From the NCBI GenBank assembly GCA_046563655.1, contig CM102284.1, forward strand, positions 2,976,001 through 3,040,000: a DNA stretch of 64,000 nt, read 5' to 3'. The stretch comes from Yuukianura sp. NJ FZ-2021. Lineage: Eukaryota. Below, one piece after another: positions 29,801 to 42,529 of the stretch (position 1 is its first letter; the number at the start of each line of letters is the position of its first letter). A program made the translations under genes and the position numbers. The notes below the pieces were generated by a model that was not told where the DNA came from, searched no databases, and was given only the letters and a program-made list of their open reading frames with translations.

Positions 29801-32800
29801 GACAGTACTTACTTTGTGTTCCAGGTACTTGAGATGAATTAGGCGCTTGGGCGCCAGAGAGGCCACTTGACTCAGTCGAATGCCCATGGAATTGAGCTGT
29901 TCAGGCGGAATTTGGTTCGTAACTGGAAGACTTAAGGCCCCTGAGAACTCAGCCATTGTGTTTGGAAGCACAGCGAAATAAGCTTTGTGCTGCTCAATTT
30001 TTGTATTGAAAACTCTAGCAGCTTCGTCATCTAAAACAGTCGGAAGGTCCGAAGTGGTCAAAAGAAGCTCGGCATGAGCCAACCATTCACCGATTCGCCC
30101 AAATGGCTCCGGCAGACTCGAATCCAGCAACCACCGCCACTCGTCCAACTAATTAACACAACAATACAATTAATTAAACCAACAATGTTTCAACTAACTT
30201 TGAGCAACTCATACTTGTGATTCCAATTTCCTCCAGAGCATGTTCAGTTGTGCCCAGCCGTCTTCCGATACACCCACCGTCCGCATAGAATCGACCAGAG
30301 TTTTGAGTCGATTGTACACCTCCTTCTTCCCTTGTTTTTCTTCATGAAGTGCCAAGTAGTCTCTATAGTTTTTGGACAATCCGTTGGTCTGTTTCATGTG
30401 CTCCATGTACTGCGTCTTTTGGTTGAGCCAAGTCAGAAGGTCATCGAATGCGGTCTGAATGTTGCCAAAGTTGTCAGCAGTGGAGGCGTTGGCTTTGTGA
30501 AGGAACTGAGCGACATAGGTCATGATGGACTTTTCATCGGGGCGGGTAACGTCAACGTCTTCAGCATCAAGGAGGCGTGGCACTCCCAACTCCTCCCCAA
30601 TGCGGAAAGCAGCTTCGAGGCGGGACTTGTTCGAAGAGTGACGTAAACTCTCCATGTCAACAATTCCTGGCTTGATGTTGTTCAAAATTTCTAGAAATGC
30701 TCGACCGTCTCTCCAACTCGGACCAAAGTCGTTCACTTGCAGACCAAACTCCCTTGGAGAATAAAATTTAAAAACGTTTATGAAAAATTCCAAAATCTCA
30801 ACTTTTCAGAACGTCCAAATAATTTCGACGTGTACATTTTTCATACTTGTTCATAAGTCCTTGAACCCATTGTAGAAGGGCTTTGCGTGCTCCTTGTTTC
30901 CATCTTTCAGACGGCGTGACTCTTCCATGTTTTGAGACTACTGTACTTGGAGATGCCGTTTGCGCACGACTTGCAGGACGATCAGATTGAGCTGGAGATG
31001 GCGTTGGTGCTGTTTGGGTTCCCAAACGATAGTTAAGGCTTGCAAGAACTCGTGTATTTTCCTCAATCTAAAGAGAAACACACATTTTCTAAATAATCAT
31101 CCGACATCGGTATGCTAAATTCTCGCCCACGATTATGTCATGGGCTGGGCGCTATTTTGAGAATAGCGACAAAGTCACTTCAAAAGCGGCATCTAACATA
31201 TAAAATCTAGACATTACACAAATGACGAACATATTTCCAATCTATACAAATACTGCTAGCAGTGCTCATTGCGTGAAACAACGTGCGGAGTTTGTGCACT
31301 GAATTACCAATGTTTTTACACATACCACTTTCCAATTTCTGCATCGAAGCTTTCCGGTGAAGCAAAATAGAGGAAATTCATAAGTGAAAGTTTTTGTTTA
31401 GAATTTCTTTTCAATCACCGTTTTAAAAAAAAATTCAAAAAAAAACACAACTTTTTTTTTTTTTGCAAAAAGCTTAATCTTACTTGGAAGTAAAGAATGA
31501 TGGTCCAGACTAATCCCAAAACAACTGCTGGTTTCCCGTCCACAATATCCGAGGGATTGATGTTTACAAGCTTAATCTACACACAATTATTTAATTGTCA
31601 AATATTTGTATGTAAAAAGTTCTACACTTTAAATTTTGAAAGTTATGAAAATTTTTTGAATTTTTTTTTGTAAATGTCAAACTTACACGCTTGGACTGAA
31701 GAAATTGCAGTGCTGTGTCGCAGTTGCTGAGAAAGTGAGGTCGTCTCAGGTTTCGTCCTTTCTCCACCGGCTACAAAAAAAAAAGTCACAAAAACTTTCA
31801 CCAAGACTAATTTTTTTTTGTGAAATTGTTCCATTTGTTCCTTTCATGCGTTTAATATCTCTGGCACGGACAAATGGCTATCATCGTCCCTGTCTCCAAA
31901 TCGGTTCCAACTTTTGGCACTGGTCTGGACGATTTAATCCAATTGGCATAAATGTGTCCACTTACCAACTTTTCTCCGGATAAAACGGAGAGAAGTGCGA
32001 GGAGACGCGTTCCATCTTTGAGGTCTTCGATCAAATCCACGGTATGAAGGGGAGGAATATGCTTTGAAATTAGAAAAGAAAACGGAAGTTAGGCACGACA
32101 TATGTTAAATTGCATTTGTCACTCAAGCCACAACAGAAAAATATTTTATGGACGTGATGAATTCGAGCTAACTTATATTTCCCACACCAAATTAAAAAAG
32201 AAATGTCACAAGAAACGTACTTTTGCCAAATACGAGTTGATCCAATTTGTAAAAGTTTTCTTCTGAACTCTCTCCTGCTCATCTGCAAAAAAAAACACAA
32301 TTTGATTAATATTAATCAGAATTTAATTACAAAAAATTGAAGTCTAAATTCTATGCATTCTTCATTCTTTCTCAAAAAAGTAATTTGTAAGCACGACGCC
32401 TCTCGTTTGTCGTTTGTAAACTTTTTTTTCTCGTCTGTCCGTGAAAAACGCTTGCCTCGAATTTCTGCAATGTGTGAATCAAATGAGCCTGGCCTCGTAG
32501 AAATTGGCGACTCAAAGTGATCGATCCCACCAAACTTTGCTTGGTAATGGGAGTACCACTCAATTGACTCTGGGTTATTTGTGGTCAGAAGTCCGTGACC
32601 TTGACCTTTACTTCGATCACTACCGTGACCTTGACCTTTAGTTGACTTTGATTCAACATGACGGAGGCACGCGGAGGACGGACGAGTTTCAGATACTGAT
32701 TTCAACTTATGTTCTGACTTAATATTTCGAGATCTGTCACCACCAGAAGCCATTCTACCCGTTTCCGATTTGTACTCAAATTATTTTGGAATTCATTTAG

Positions 32801-34472
32801 CCATCACAATTCACAACGTTTTATTTCTTTCGCCCCAAACTTAAGTTTAAACACTGATCAACAGTATGATATCACAGATAACTCACACAACGTTACTGTA
32901 AAGCACACTTTACCGGAATATTAAAATCACAATTCACAATTTAAAAATATTTGGTAACAAACAGGATGTCGGATTTCGTTTGCTGAATTAAAGCTTAAAC
33001 GGTACAAAATACGCTTTTAGATGCGCCGATTTGTTAGTGTTACATCACGAGGCACGATATTTTCGTTCGAAAAGTGTTAATTTTTTCACACTTTTAAAGC
33101 CAATTAGCCTAATTTGGAGTTTCATAAAAGCGGTAACCAGAACGCCAGTACAATAAAGCTAATGAAGATTTGTGGTTTTGAAGAGCTTCTTGACTTTTAG
33201 TTAGAATCAAGTTTTTGTTACATTCGAGTATGCGAACTTAACAAAAGCACAAGTTACAAAGCTATTAGTCGGAATGTAGATTCAATCTCCTGGATTAGTG
33301 TTAGTTTAGAGGAAGTATAACTATAGAAAAAATTTAAACTTCGGATTTACAACGACATTTGTATTCGTTCTATTGACATCGGTGAAATTCCAGCTGTTTT
33401 TTGCCATGCAACCATTCAATTTTGCCTCCCTTGTAAAAAAAAAATCAAAACAAAAAACCGAGTATAGCTTTGTTCGTGCTTCCGAATAGTACTTCAGAAG
33501 CATTTTGATTCCCCTTTCGCATGAAGATGAAACAATGGAACTGTTGTTGTTGACTTCCTAATTGTTGATACAATTCCGCATTGCAAATGGCTTTGCACTA
33601 CACAGAATGAGAAATAGAACTTGCACTGACCTTGAAGATGTTGAATAGTAGCTTGGTATTCAGCTAGTTTTTCATCGACGTAGTCCTGCGACTGCGCCGC
33701 AATGATTTCCGCAGTCGTTAGTCCTCCATTTTCCTCCCAGTACTCCTGTGTCGAAGTCATGTTAATCGTATGCGTTTGCTGTGTGTAGACACCAGGGGGA
33801 TAGACGAGTTCCATGTCGTAGGACGGTTTGAGCAAAACGCCATCCGAGTCGTACGGTGGCGAAAATGGAAGCGGGCTCTACAAAAATTTTTAAAATTTAA
33901 AAAAACAAGCTAAATAACGAAAACTGCAAAAAAAAAACAGTTTTCAAAAGAGCATTTTTGACAATTACGCCCAAGATGGGTTGAAAGAACGACTCTGGTG
34001 GACTCATCATGGGTGGAGGTGGGCCAAAGGCAGGGCTCCACCGTGGAGGTGGGACAGGGGATCTGACCCACGGCTGCCTTGGAGAAGGCTTCCCTCGGCT
34101 TGAAAATGGTCTGCAAAACATTTTTGGCAAATTAGAACAAGATGTGCCAGCATCCGGCGTTTTTCCTTGGGCTCAAAATTCCCAAACGAATACTTTTTTT
34201 GTGGAACGAATTCGCTCAATTCTGTTCCATTTTACGATTCCCAAATGCTTAGCGCCATACAGGTCACTGAGGTCATTGTAGCCATGAAAACTTTCAATAT
34301 GCAAAACTAAAATTTTAAAACAATAAAGACATGCTAACCTGCGGATGTGCGGAGACGGAGACTGTGGACTGGGAGATCGAAAGGTAGGTCGTGGTGGCTG
34401 TGAATTGGCTCTCGGTTGGGATTGTCCGAATCCGCCCGGTCCGAAGTGTTGGTGATTGAAATTGTTTGACAT
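1..34472 (-). CDS. Msp300: Msp300/nesprin-1 (SYNE1-like) giant spectrin-repeat protein, multi-exon, 3' end (KASH) outside the window to the left
   Basis: CH1 exons ([21 protein letters not shown] 32221-32282; [55 protein letters not shown]) and CH2 ([21 protein letters not shown]...[25 protein letters not shown]). Dozens of helical Trp-anchored spectrin-repeat exons follow between ~30150 and ~3555, separated by short GT-AG introns. Confidence 0.93.
551..823 (-). repeat. 39-bp coding tandem repeat (~7 copies; degenerate copies extend to ~1400) encoding [17 protein letters not shown] acidic units
   Basis: The unit ctcaaattcgggttgactttcgacgaattccgattcttt repeats with period 39 and is in frame with the giant exon. 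Confidence 0.9.
24567..24961. mobile_element. Intronic MITE with ~27-bp imperfect TIRs (pogo/Tc2-like)
   Basis: Left ccccatttcacggcgtataccacgcac versus reverse complement of the right end ccctatttcacgccgtataccgcgcgc. Duplicated subterminal motif gcgtataccacgcac; non-coding interior. Confidence 0.6.
29432..29720. mobile_element. Intronic MITE with Tc2/pogo-like ends
   Basis: Left ttttctcgcgtataagacgc versus right gcgtcttataagggagaaaatac, with a duplicated subterminal gcgtcttata motif. Confidence 0.55.
30440..32282 (-). other. Tandem calponin-homology actin-binding domain (CH1-CH2) exons of Msp300
   Basis: Spectrin/dystrophin-type ABD motifs [32 protein letters not shown] and [13 protein letters not shown]. 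Confidence 0.92.
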
Positions 34473-35772
34473 TCCGTCACCAATGAACTAGTTAGAGCCC
34501 AGCACCGTAGAAAAAGATGCAGAGTGTGTCACACGAAAAGCACTGATGCGGTAGTTGACAAAGTCACCTACTAGTACCCGATGGAACTAATTTGAGCCGT
34601 GACAGAGGTTGCCTAATTCCTCAAGCAGTGCAGTACTACTTGGAGTGGATGAGTGCAGCCGTTGGACTCCGTCCAGACTATTCCTGTCCCCGTTTACTGT
34701 CGCCCAAATTCCCATGTTCCATTTGGCCAAAAACAGGAAGAAGGAACTACAACTTTCATGGTCGCAGGAGACGAACGCCTGCCTGCAACTGCTGAAGCAC
34801 TACACTATTCCTGCAAATTAAATTTAATCAACTAGCTTAGTGAATTTCAAATTTTTAGCAAAAACAAAAAAAAAACTTTTTTTTTCTGTACGAAATCCGT
34901 AATCGGCGTAACTATAGGCTTAGATTTGTGCAGATCGGAGCGGACGGGAAGTGAAAGCAGAATGGAGTTCAATAGATTCTGCATCTGGTATTTCAAAGGA
35001 AAATCTAAAATTAGAGATGAAAAATCTTGGCATAACGTCCTCATTTCTTGTACCGTCTACCTACACTTTTTCTGTTTTTCCATTTACGTGATACGGTTAA
35101 TTCCACCACTGGATCGTATTGCACAAGCATTCACTCCTGCCTCGGCTTGACGAGGTAATTAGCAGGTTTTTGAACAAAAATACCTGAAATAATAACATAA
35201 TATACATATTACTTTGTTGCCTGGTAACAACAATTTCGGCGTGTCTACTTTGAAACTTTGTCTATGATCAAGGTAAATAGAATACTACTAGGTAGTGCGA
35301 ATGGAAAGTTTGTTTGGTTGCCATGTGGAAAAAAAAATGACGTCACCCGCTGAAAATACCGGAATTCTGCCAATTATTGGTGGTGTCCTATAGAAACCCG
35401 TAAGACACATCTTGTTTACATAAATGCCAGCGGGTTCCAATTTCACGATTACGGTATTTTTCAGCTGGTGACGTCACAAACAAAAAATTGCGTTGGTTGC
35501 TATGGGCGCCATTTGCAGGGGGCTGGTCTATGATGTATTTTTTTTATTTATATTTTTTAAACACAGACTGCAGATTTTTTAGTAGTAACCGAAAACGGGT
35601 CATCCGAATGGGCAAGCAATTGTTGAATTCAAATTAAATTTTGATTTACAGGTTTTCATTGATTTTGTGAAAATTTTGTATTACATCTGGCTAGCTTAAA
35701 ACTGTAAACTTTTCCAAACTTTTCCAAAAAAAACAACAATTTTTAGAAAACGTAAATTACAGGATCATTTTC

Positions 35773-37561
35773 TTATCCTGGAATAAAAACTGGGATTCCT
35801 GTCTTGACAGATTCTTCGCAGGCAAGAGCCACACGACAAACGTTGATTGTCTCAGCAGCTTTTATTTTAATATCCTCTTTACCTAAGAAATAAATCAAAT
35901 ACTGTTTAAAAAAATGTAATAAATGTATCGTTCTAATAAAATATATTAAAAATTTACTTAAAAAAGATCCCAAAAGTATATTTACCTTCCAAAGCATTCA
36001 AAAAGTGATCCAGTTCTCTTTTGTACGCGTCTGCGTATCGAGACGCAAACGAGTACCAGATCGGGGGTTGTCCAACGCCTGAAGCTGTAAACGTTTCAAC
36101 GGTCAAACTGGGCTGGTTTCCACAACTTAGCATTCCACCCGTTCCAAACACCTAGACAACAATTCATTCTATTTAGTTGCATTATTTAATTAATTAAGTA
36201 ATACATCCTATCATATCTAATATCTAATGAAATTAGGTCAAGAAGTGTCCGTTCACATCACAGTGTAGTGCGACCAAATTCATACCTCAAGCCTTTGGTC
36301 GTAGCCGTAAGTAGCAAATCGACTCAGGTCGATGATGCCCATGGCTCCTGAAGGGAATGTCAGATGGATAACGACCGTGTCATGGTCATCGATTGCTGCA
36401 ATTTCACTTCGGTGCGCCATGCCAGCTGCATAAACTTTACAGGGAAATTCATTCAATACCCAACAAATCAAATCGATGTCGTGCACAGCGCAGTCATGGA
36501 AAATTCCATCTACAGTACAAACATAATTATTAAATATTAAATAACCTAATTTAAATAAATAGTTTTAATTAATTAAATATTCTAACCAACTCTAGTAACT
36601 TTACTTTAATCTTAACAGTTTTTACTTGAAATTTTCAAGTAGTCGATAGATGGAAGCGGTGAGTCTCGACTACAAGTTTTCAAAATATGGATAGAGCCAA
36701 GTTCTCCATGTTGAACTCGGTCGTGAACGTTTTCAAAAGTCGGATCAAAGCGCCTGCGCGTAAAAAAGCATATTAGGTTTTAGGATTTTTATATAATTTA
36801 TATTTATATAAAAGTCAAATTATTAAAAAAATGGGCATCACTATATTCTAAAGCGGTTGTTGACAAACTTTTCAAAAATTACCGGTTAAAAGCAGAAAGT
36901 AATGGCAGACCCAATTTTGCCGCCGTTTCGTAACAATTTTGAACTTCTTTGATGTCATTTGCAATTGGCTTTTCACAAAAAACGCCCTTTCCTTTATTCA
37001 GTGCTTCAACCACAAGGGCTTGATGAGATTGAGTTGGCGTTGCAATTACGACAAACTCAACGCTGAAATGGACCAAATTATTTCTGAGTTTCTATATATA
37101 ACCACTTTATACATAAAACAGGGTTTTATATATAATAACTTATTTGAGAGAACAATTAATAAATATATTATTTTATTAACTCTAATTTTTTCAAACCTCG
37201 TATCTTCAAAAACGTTTTCAATTTTATTTGTGCCGACAAATTTTGTGTCAACCAATCCCAACTGATCCTGCACTTCCTTCCGCCGCTCTTCCCTTTCTTC
37301 TACGACGTACAAAAGACTCACTCTAGAGTTTTGAACCAAGTTGTTGAGGTGAATAGTCCCTTTGATTTCACACGACAGAATTAATTTGTAATGTAAATTG
37401 TTTCAAATTAAGTAGTTACGTGAATTTAGGCAATTAGGTTTACCTGCTCTGCCTAGCCCAAACAGTGCAACTCCATGTTTTTTAGGATTTGAGTCCTTTG
37501 GATAAAGTAAATTTACAAATTGATTGTACTTGTAGTCTTCTTTTGGAATCAAACAGGTCAT
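35773..37561 (-). CDS. Myo-inositol 2-dehydrogenase-like oxidoreductase (Gfo/Idh/MocA family), multi-exon
   Basis: ATG at 37561 (MTCLIPKEDY...). Rossmann motif GVALFGLGRAG, VVIATPTQSH, VFCEKP, AFNRRFDP, SRDSP, IFHDCAVHDID, YGYDQRLEVFG, FASRYADAY; stop at 35773. Confidence 0.88.
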
Positions 37562-38123
37562 CTTGCTTTCGTCAAAGATTCAACTGGATTGCGGCCCCAA
37601 GGAGCGTTCATCCTTAGTTTTTAGTAAAAACTTTTTATTATTCCAGACTCCAACTCCACTCCCATGTCCATGAAGTGATAAATTCAAAAGTCCTGCTAAA
37701 CCGGTTTACATTAAGTTTGGATTAAAACTGGTTTTGAAGGTAAATGTCGTGTCTGTAAAACAATGTCAAAAGTGGCTTAAGACTATGTAACCAATAACGA
37801 AAGATTTTACAATGTGTCCATTTCAACTCTTTTAAGACGCTTAAAAATTCAAGTCTTCAACGACGCACTTCGCACTTGGGTTACTGAACCCCCAAACCTG
37901 TTAATCTGTAAAATCTGTAACCTGTGCGTTAATGGAATTTCAACTCGGTTGAAATCAGAACCAAATATCAAATTTTGGTACAATAATACAAAGTGCAGTG
38001 CGGTAACAGGTACGCTGCGGTATTAAAAACTAGTTACTCACGGTACACAACACGCCGAGGTATCAAGTACACTGCAGTACCAATTTAGTGACTTTGAAAC
38101 ACTTTGTTTTATTTGTACAAAGA

Positions 38124-39282
38124 ATGCCATCTTCCAAAAAAACGCTTTTCCTTTTTGATGTCGACGGTACATTGACAAAGTGTGGGCAGGTAAATTAAAA
38201 AAAAACTATTTTTGTTTCAATGTTTTGTTTAATTCTTTCAAAATTTTAAATCAATTTGAGGCAAATTAAATTAAGTTAAATAAATTAACTATGAAACTTA
38301 CATTTGAAGGAAATAGAACCTGATACAGTGGAATTTCTCAAAAAACTACAAACTCGGGCTGATGTCGCTGTTGTGAGTGGCTCGGATTTGGACAAACTTG
38401 TTGTCCAATTCGGCCGAGGTAGTTTTTTTCTTCACAATTTTTTTAGATTTAATTATACTAAATTTTTGAATATTTCAATTAAAATAAATTTATTTTCTTT
38501 TTCAAACCTTTTCCTTATTAGATATTTTCAGCTTCAACTACATTTTTACCGAAAATGGATGCGTGGCCTACCAGCAAAATCGTCTTATAGGAAAAGTGTG
38601 CATTCTGGACTTTTTAGGGGAAGAGAAGCTGGTGACTTTAATAAATTTCGTGATGGGGTATATGTCCAAACTGCGGTTGCCATTCAAACGTGGAACGTTC
38701 ATTGACCTCAGGACGTCACTAATTAACGTGTCACCGGTCGGACGCTCATGTACTTTAGAAGAAAGATATGCTTTCAAAGCATACGATGAGGTAAATTAAA
38801 TTAATGCTGAAATATTTGTGTCAGCTTCGCACGACTCACGATAGCTGCTGGCTGTGATGTGGTCTCAGCTGTAGCCTACTGGTTCTATTTCGGAGCTACC
38901 GTACCATACTGCGAACGGACACTTTTTGGCCCAATTTCATTAGAAATAAAAATGTTATGATGTGATATATTATTATTTTTTCCAGGCTCATAACATTCGA
39001 AAGTCTTTTGTAAAAGCAATGGAAGAGGAGTTTCAAGACTGGGGACTTCAGTTTTCAATTGGAGGGCTCGTGGGGTTTGACATATTCCCCAAAGGGTGGG
39101 ACAAAAGCTACTGCCTCAAATTTTTGAACGACTACGACACCATTTACGCTTTTGGCGACAAAACGGCACCAGGAGAAAATGACTACGAACTTGTTGTGAC
39201 GGACCAGCGCACAGTGGGGCATCCTGTTTCGGATCCAAATGACACTTTAATACAAGTGGAGCAAATACTACAAAATCTTTGA
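38124..39282 (+). CDS. PMM: Eukaryotic phosphomannomutase-family HAD enzyme (divergent), 4 exons
   Basis: LFDVDGTLT (HAD motif I), VSGSD, FTENG, KRGTFIDLR...NVSPVGRSC...ER, FSIGGLVGFDIFPKGWDK, FGDKT.PGENDYE. Confidence 0.88.
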
Positions 39283-39477
39283 ACAACATTTTCAACTTTT
39301 TATTTTTTCAAAAAATCTGCTCACACAAATACTTTTTTTCAAGATAAGAAAAAGTTGTATACTCAATAAACTAAAAACATTTAATCAAACTAAGTATTTT
39401 ACTGTATGTATTCAAATCATGTAAGTAACTTACATCTACATTGTATTTATTTCATTGCAATTTTTTGACAGTTACAT

Positions 39478-42218
39478 TTACACATCATCTACATCTAGGC
39501 TTCGGGATATTGAATATAAAATTTTCAAAAAATTGTCAAGCCCGTCTGCGTAGTTTTTGTCAGTTGACACCGACTCAAAGACATGCGTAAAATCAACCAT
39601 TTTAACGCAAAACCACTCGGGACTTGCGTCAACATTGTGAACTTGTGCAGCATCGTAGATGACTAAAATAGAGCTTCCATAAAATGCAAATTTGGTTTGA
39701 GTTGTGAACCATTTCTGAATTTTCTGAACATGCTCAATGCATATTTCAACCAAATTTTTTCTATTACCAAAAAAGGAGTCAATTGCTCCACAAAGTGTCT
39801 CTGGTGTCAAACTCTTTCCAAACACCTTGTTTTTGTGTACCATTTTTCCATTTTCGAAGTACTGAATTCCAGTGAGACTTAGACCCAGCGTACTTCTCGT
39901 TCCAGCGTATTTGAGTCCAGATTTCCGCCTTTTTTCAATTGAGGTCAAGGGGTCACTCGTTTCTTTTCCAATTTTGATGTCCATGATGCAAGGCATTTGG
40001 AAATTGTGAACAAGATTTTGAAACAAAATGTAAGACTGGGTCCCAATTGTGGTTGTTCCATAATACCTCGGAATGAGTTCGCGTAACTGGATGACCTCAG
40101 GGTCAAAAGTTGAAGAATTCCACATAGCTTCGTAGAACTCAGCTTCACACGGACCTCGTCCGCCATCTTGGAACGGTTTCAATAGGTGCCCAGCACTGTG
40201 GCGTAGCAATGGAGCCGTTTCTTTGTGTCCGCCAACTTGGTTCACAAATGGAACAGGGAACCTTGCCGCCCTTTTTCCTTGCAGTAATTTCAAAACAAAG
40301 TCGGCTATAATTTCTCCGTGATTTTCCACTCCACCGTAACCTAAATAACATCATATAGAAACTCTCCGTGCAAGACAGAGCGTGTGTGTGTCTGTTAACT
40401 ATGTATTGTGTGTATGTACGTGTACAAAAAAATATGAACCGTGCGGACTTGCTTGGAAAAATGTTGAGATCCAAGATGGCCCACCGATTTGCATCCTTTT
40501 CAAATGCAAGGTCAATCCCAAATAGAAAAAGGTCAAGGGTTGATCCAATGCAATTTCCAAGTTGTTGGAGCGTAGACAAATTCAAATTTAAGTTGGCTTC
40601 ACATACGTCTACTTGTCTGCTAATATCTGCTACCCATGAAGGAGGCTTCGACACGTCTTTGCTGTAGAACTGAATTGGACTCTCTTTTAAATAAAAAAAA
40701 ATTTACTTTTAGTTAATTTTTGGCCAACGAAACAGGATTCAGGTATCCCCGGAGATGATCCCTGCCGGGTCACAGGTCAACTTTCTTCTTTTTACCATTC
40801 ATAACCATAGTGCGCAGCTTCTTCTTCTTTAAATTAATTTTAAGTTAACTAGATTCTTACCCTCAACTTTCAATAAATTTTTTATAGAGGGTCGACGAAC
40901 AACAAAGGGTTGTTGACCCACAAAGTAAACTTTGTAGAGTACGGCGTCATGGTTGACAAACGACTGAGCAACTCCAGGAAAAGGACAAACTCCCATCTGA
41001 TCCTCTCTGAATACCACAGTCATCTACATCAAATTTACATAAAATATATAATAATATGTAATATATACTTTGTTAATACACATAATATACATACACATGT
41101 ACAATTATATACGTGTTATATAATTCATTTAGTTAATACCTACTTCATCAAAGAAAAAAAGCACAATCTTACGCGATGCGTTTCCTTGTGTCCGTCAGAT
41201 ACCGTCGGTTTAAATACTGTTAAATAATACAGCTAAGTTTATAAGTTCACATAAAATCAATTATATAAAAAATTAATTTAAAATTTTATAAGTAATTTAA
41301 TTTTCAAATTTTCACATTAGTTTAATTTAATAATAATTTTTAAATTTAATTTGTACTTATTGGAAATGTGAGGCTCTTTTCCATGTCCCGTTGATCGACA
41401 ATCCTATCAAACGGAGGAACGTAGAATCCTTCTGTTGATTAACCCAACTTCATGTAAAATTTGTAAAGTCCCATTGGTTGCAGACTTGTAATTGAAATTT
41501 ATTTAAGTAACTTTTGAAATAATTTAAATATAATAAAGTATAATATCAAACATTAAATTAAGTTATTACCCCCAAGTGATGAAATGGCTTCTTGTAATAA
41601 GTTGTAGGCTTTGAACCTGTTAATTACTGCTCTACAATTTGCAAGTGAATTTATCATGACCACTTCAGGATGTTCCTTTGCGTACGCCTCTATTCGTCTA
41701 AGAATATTCTCAGCCTATGAATTTTTTTTTAAAAGTGGTATGTTAGGCTTTTGTTTTAGGGTTATAAATTATATCAAAATTTTTAAATCAAAAATATATA
41801 AAAGTGAAAATTGTAACTTGATTGTCGCCCATCTCTGCCAGGGCAGCGAGGTCAGTAACTTTGTGTAAAATTCCGTCAAATGGGCCCTGGGCCTCTAGGT
41901 CCCCTTTCAAGTCAATCTACGCATGTCAACAGTTTCAAAATGCAAGTTAATCAACTTGTCGTTTTTGGTTTTCAAATATTTGATAAATTTAATACGCCCG
42001 GGTTTCACCTCGATGAGTTGAATTGACAATCGCCTGAAATTTTATTCCAACTACACTTAAAAACTAATTATAATTTAATTAAGAATTTTGTATTAATTTT
42101 TTTTGGGAAATGGATTTCAAGATATGTACCTCAGTGCTTCTTTGACTCCGCCCAACTCCAAAACCTTGTCTTTTTTCTTATTTACCCAATAGCCTAAACG
42201 GAACGCTTCAATACTCAT
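39478..42218 (-). CDS. Predicted ITPK1-IPMK fusion: N-terminal ATP-grasp inositol-tetrakisphosphate 1-kinase plus C-terminal inositol polyphosphate multikinase
   Basis: ITPK1 exons: MSIEAFRLGYWVNKKK (ATG 42218), QGPFDGILHKVTD, AQSFVNHDAVLYKVY...RPSIKN, LFGID...ILDLNIFP. Final exon 40340-39478: (S)YGGVENHGEIIADFVLKLL, then the IPK motifs QVGGH, PCIMDIKIG, SSIL and MVDFTH in one frame. Confidence 0.82.
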
Positions 42219-42529
42219 TGTACCAATGACAGATTTACGAATTTTGTGAATTTAGATCCGATTTTTCACAATGATTCACTTTTCTAGAAAAAATAAAAAA
42301 ATTGTAGGTGTATAAATGTGAAGCTTTACATAATTTCGCTCAGGAATGTAGGTTGTAGAACTTGTTTGATAACCTCTCAAGTTGAGAGGTTATCCTCACA
42401 ACCAATTTTTTTTTGACGCAGAACTTGCAATACCAGCTATGGGGTCGACAAATATGTTCCTTGAATTGAAGAACCGGTTCTGTGGTGAATGCTGATCAGT
42501 AAGTATTTGTGAAATGTGTAAAATAATTA

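Noticed and set aside
5266-30646. Many short + strand ORFs opposite Msp300 exons
   Set aside because: Antisense shadows typical of Glu/Lys/Leu-rich coding sequence.
35773-37561. Recent bacterial HGT or contamination for the iolG-like gene
   Set aside because: It has several spliceosomal introns and host-like composition. An ancient origin cannot be judged without a phylogeny.
39478-40329. Stand-alone intronless IPMK gene starting at GTG 40329
   Set aside because: A splice acceptor sits 11 nt upstream and the first ~20 codons are the ITPK1 C-terminal motif and helix; it is better explained as the last exon of a fusion.
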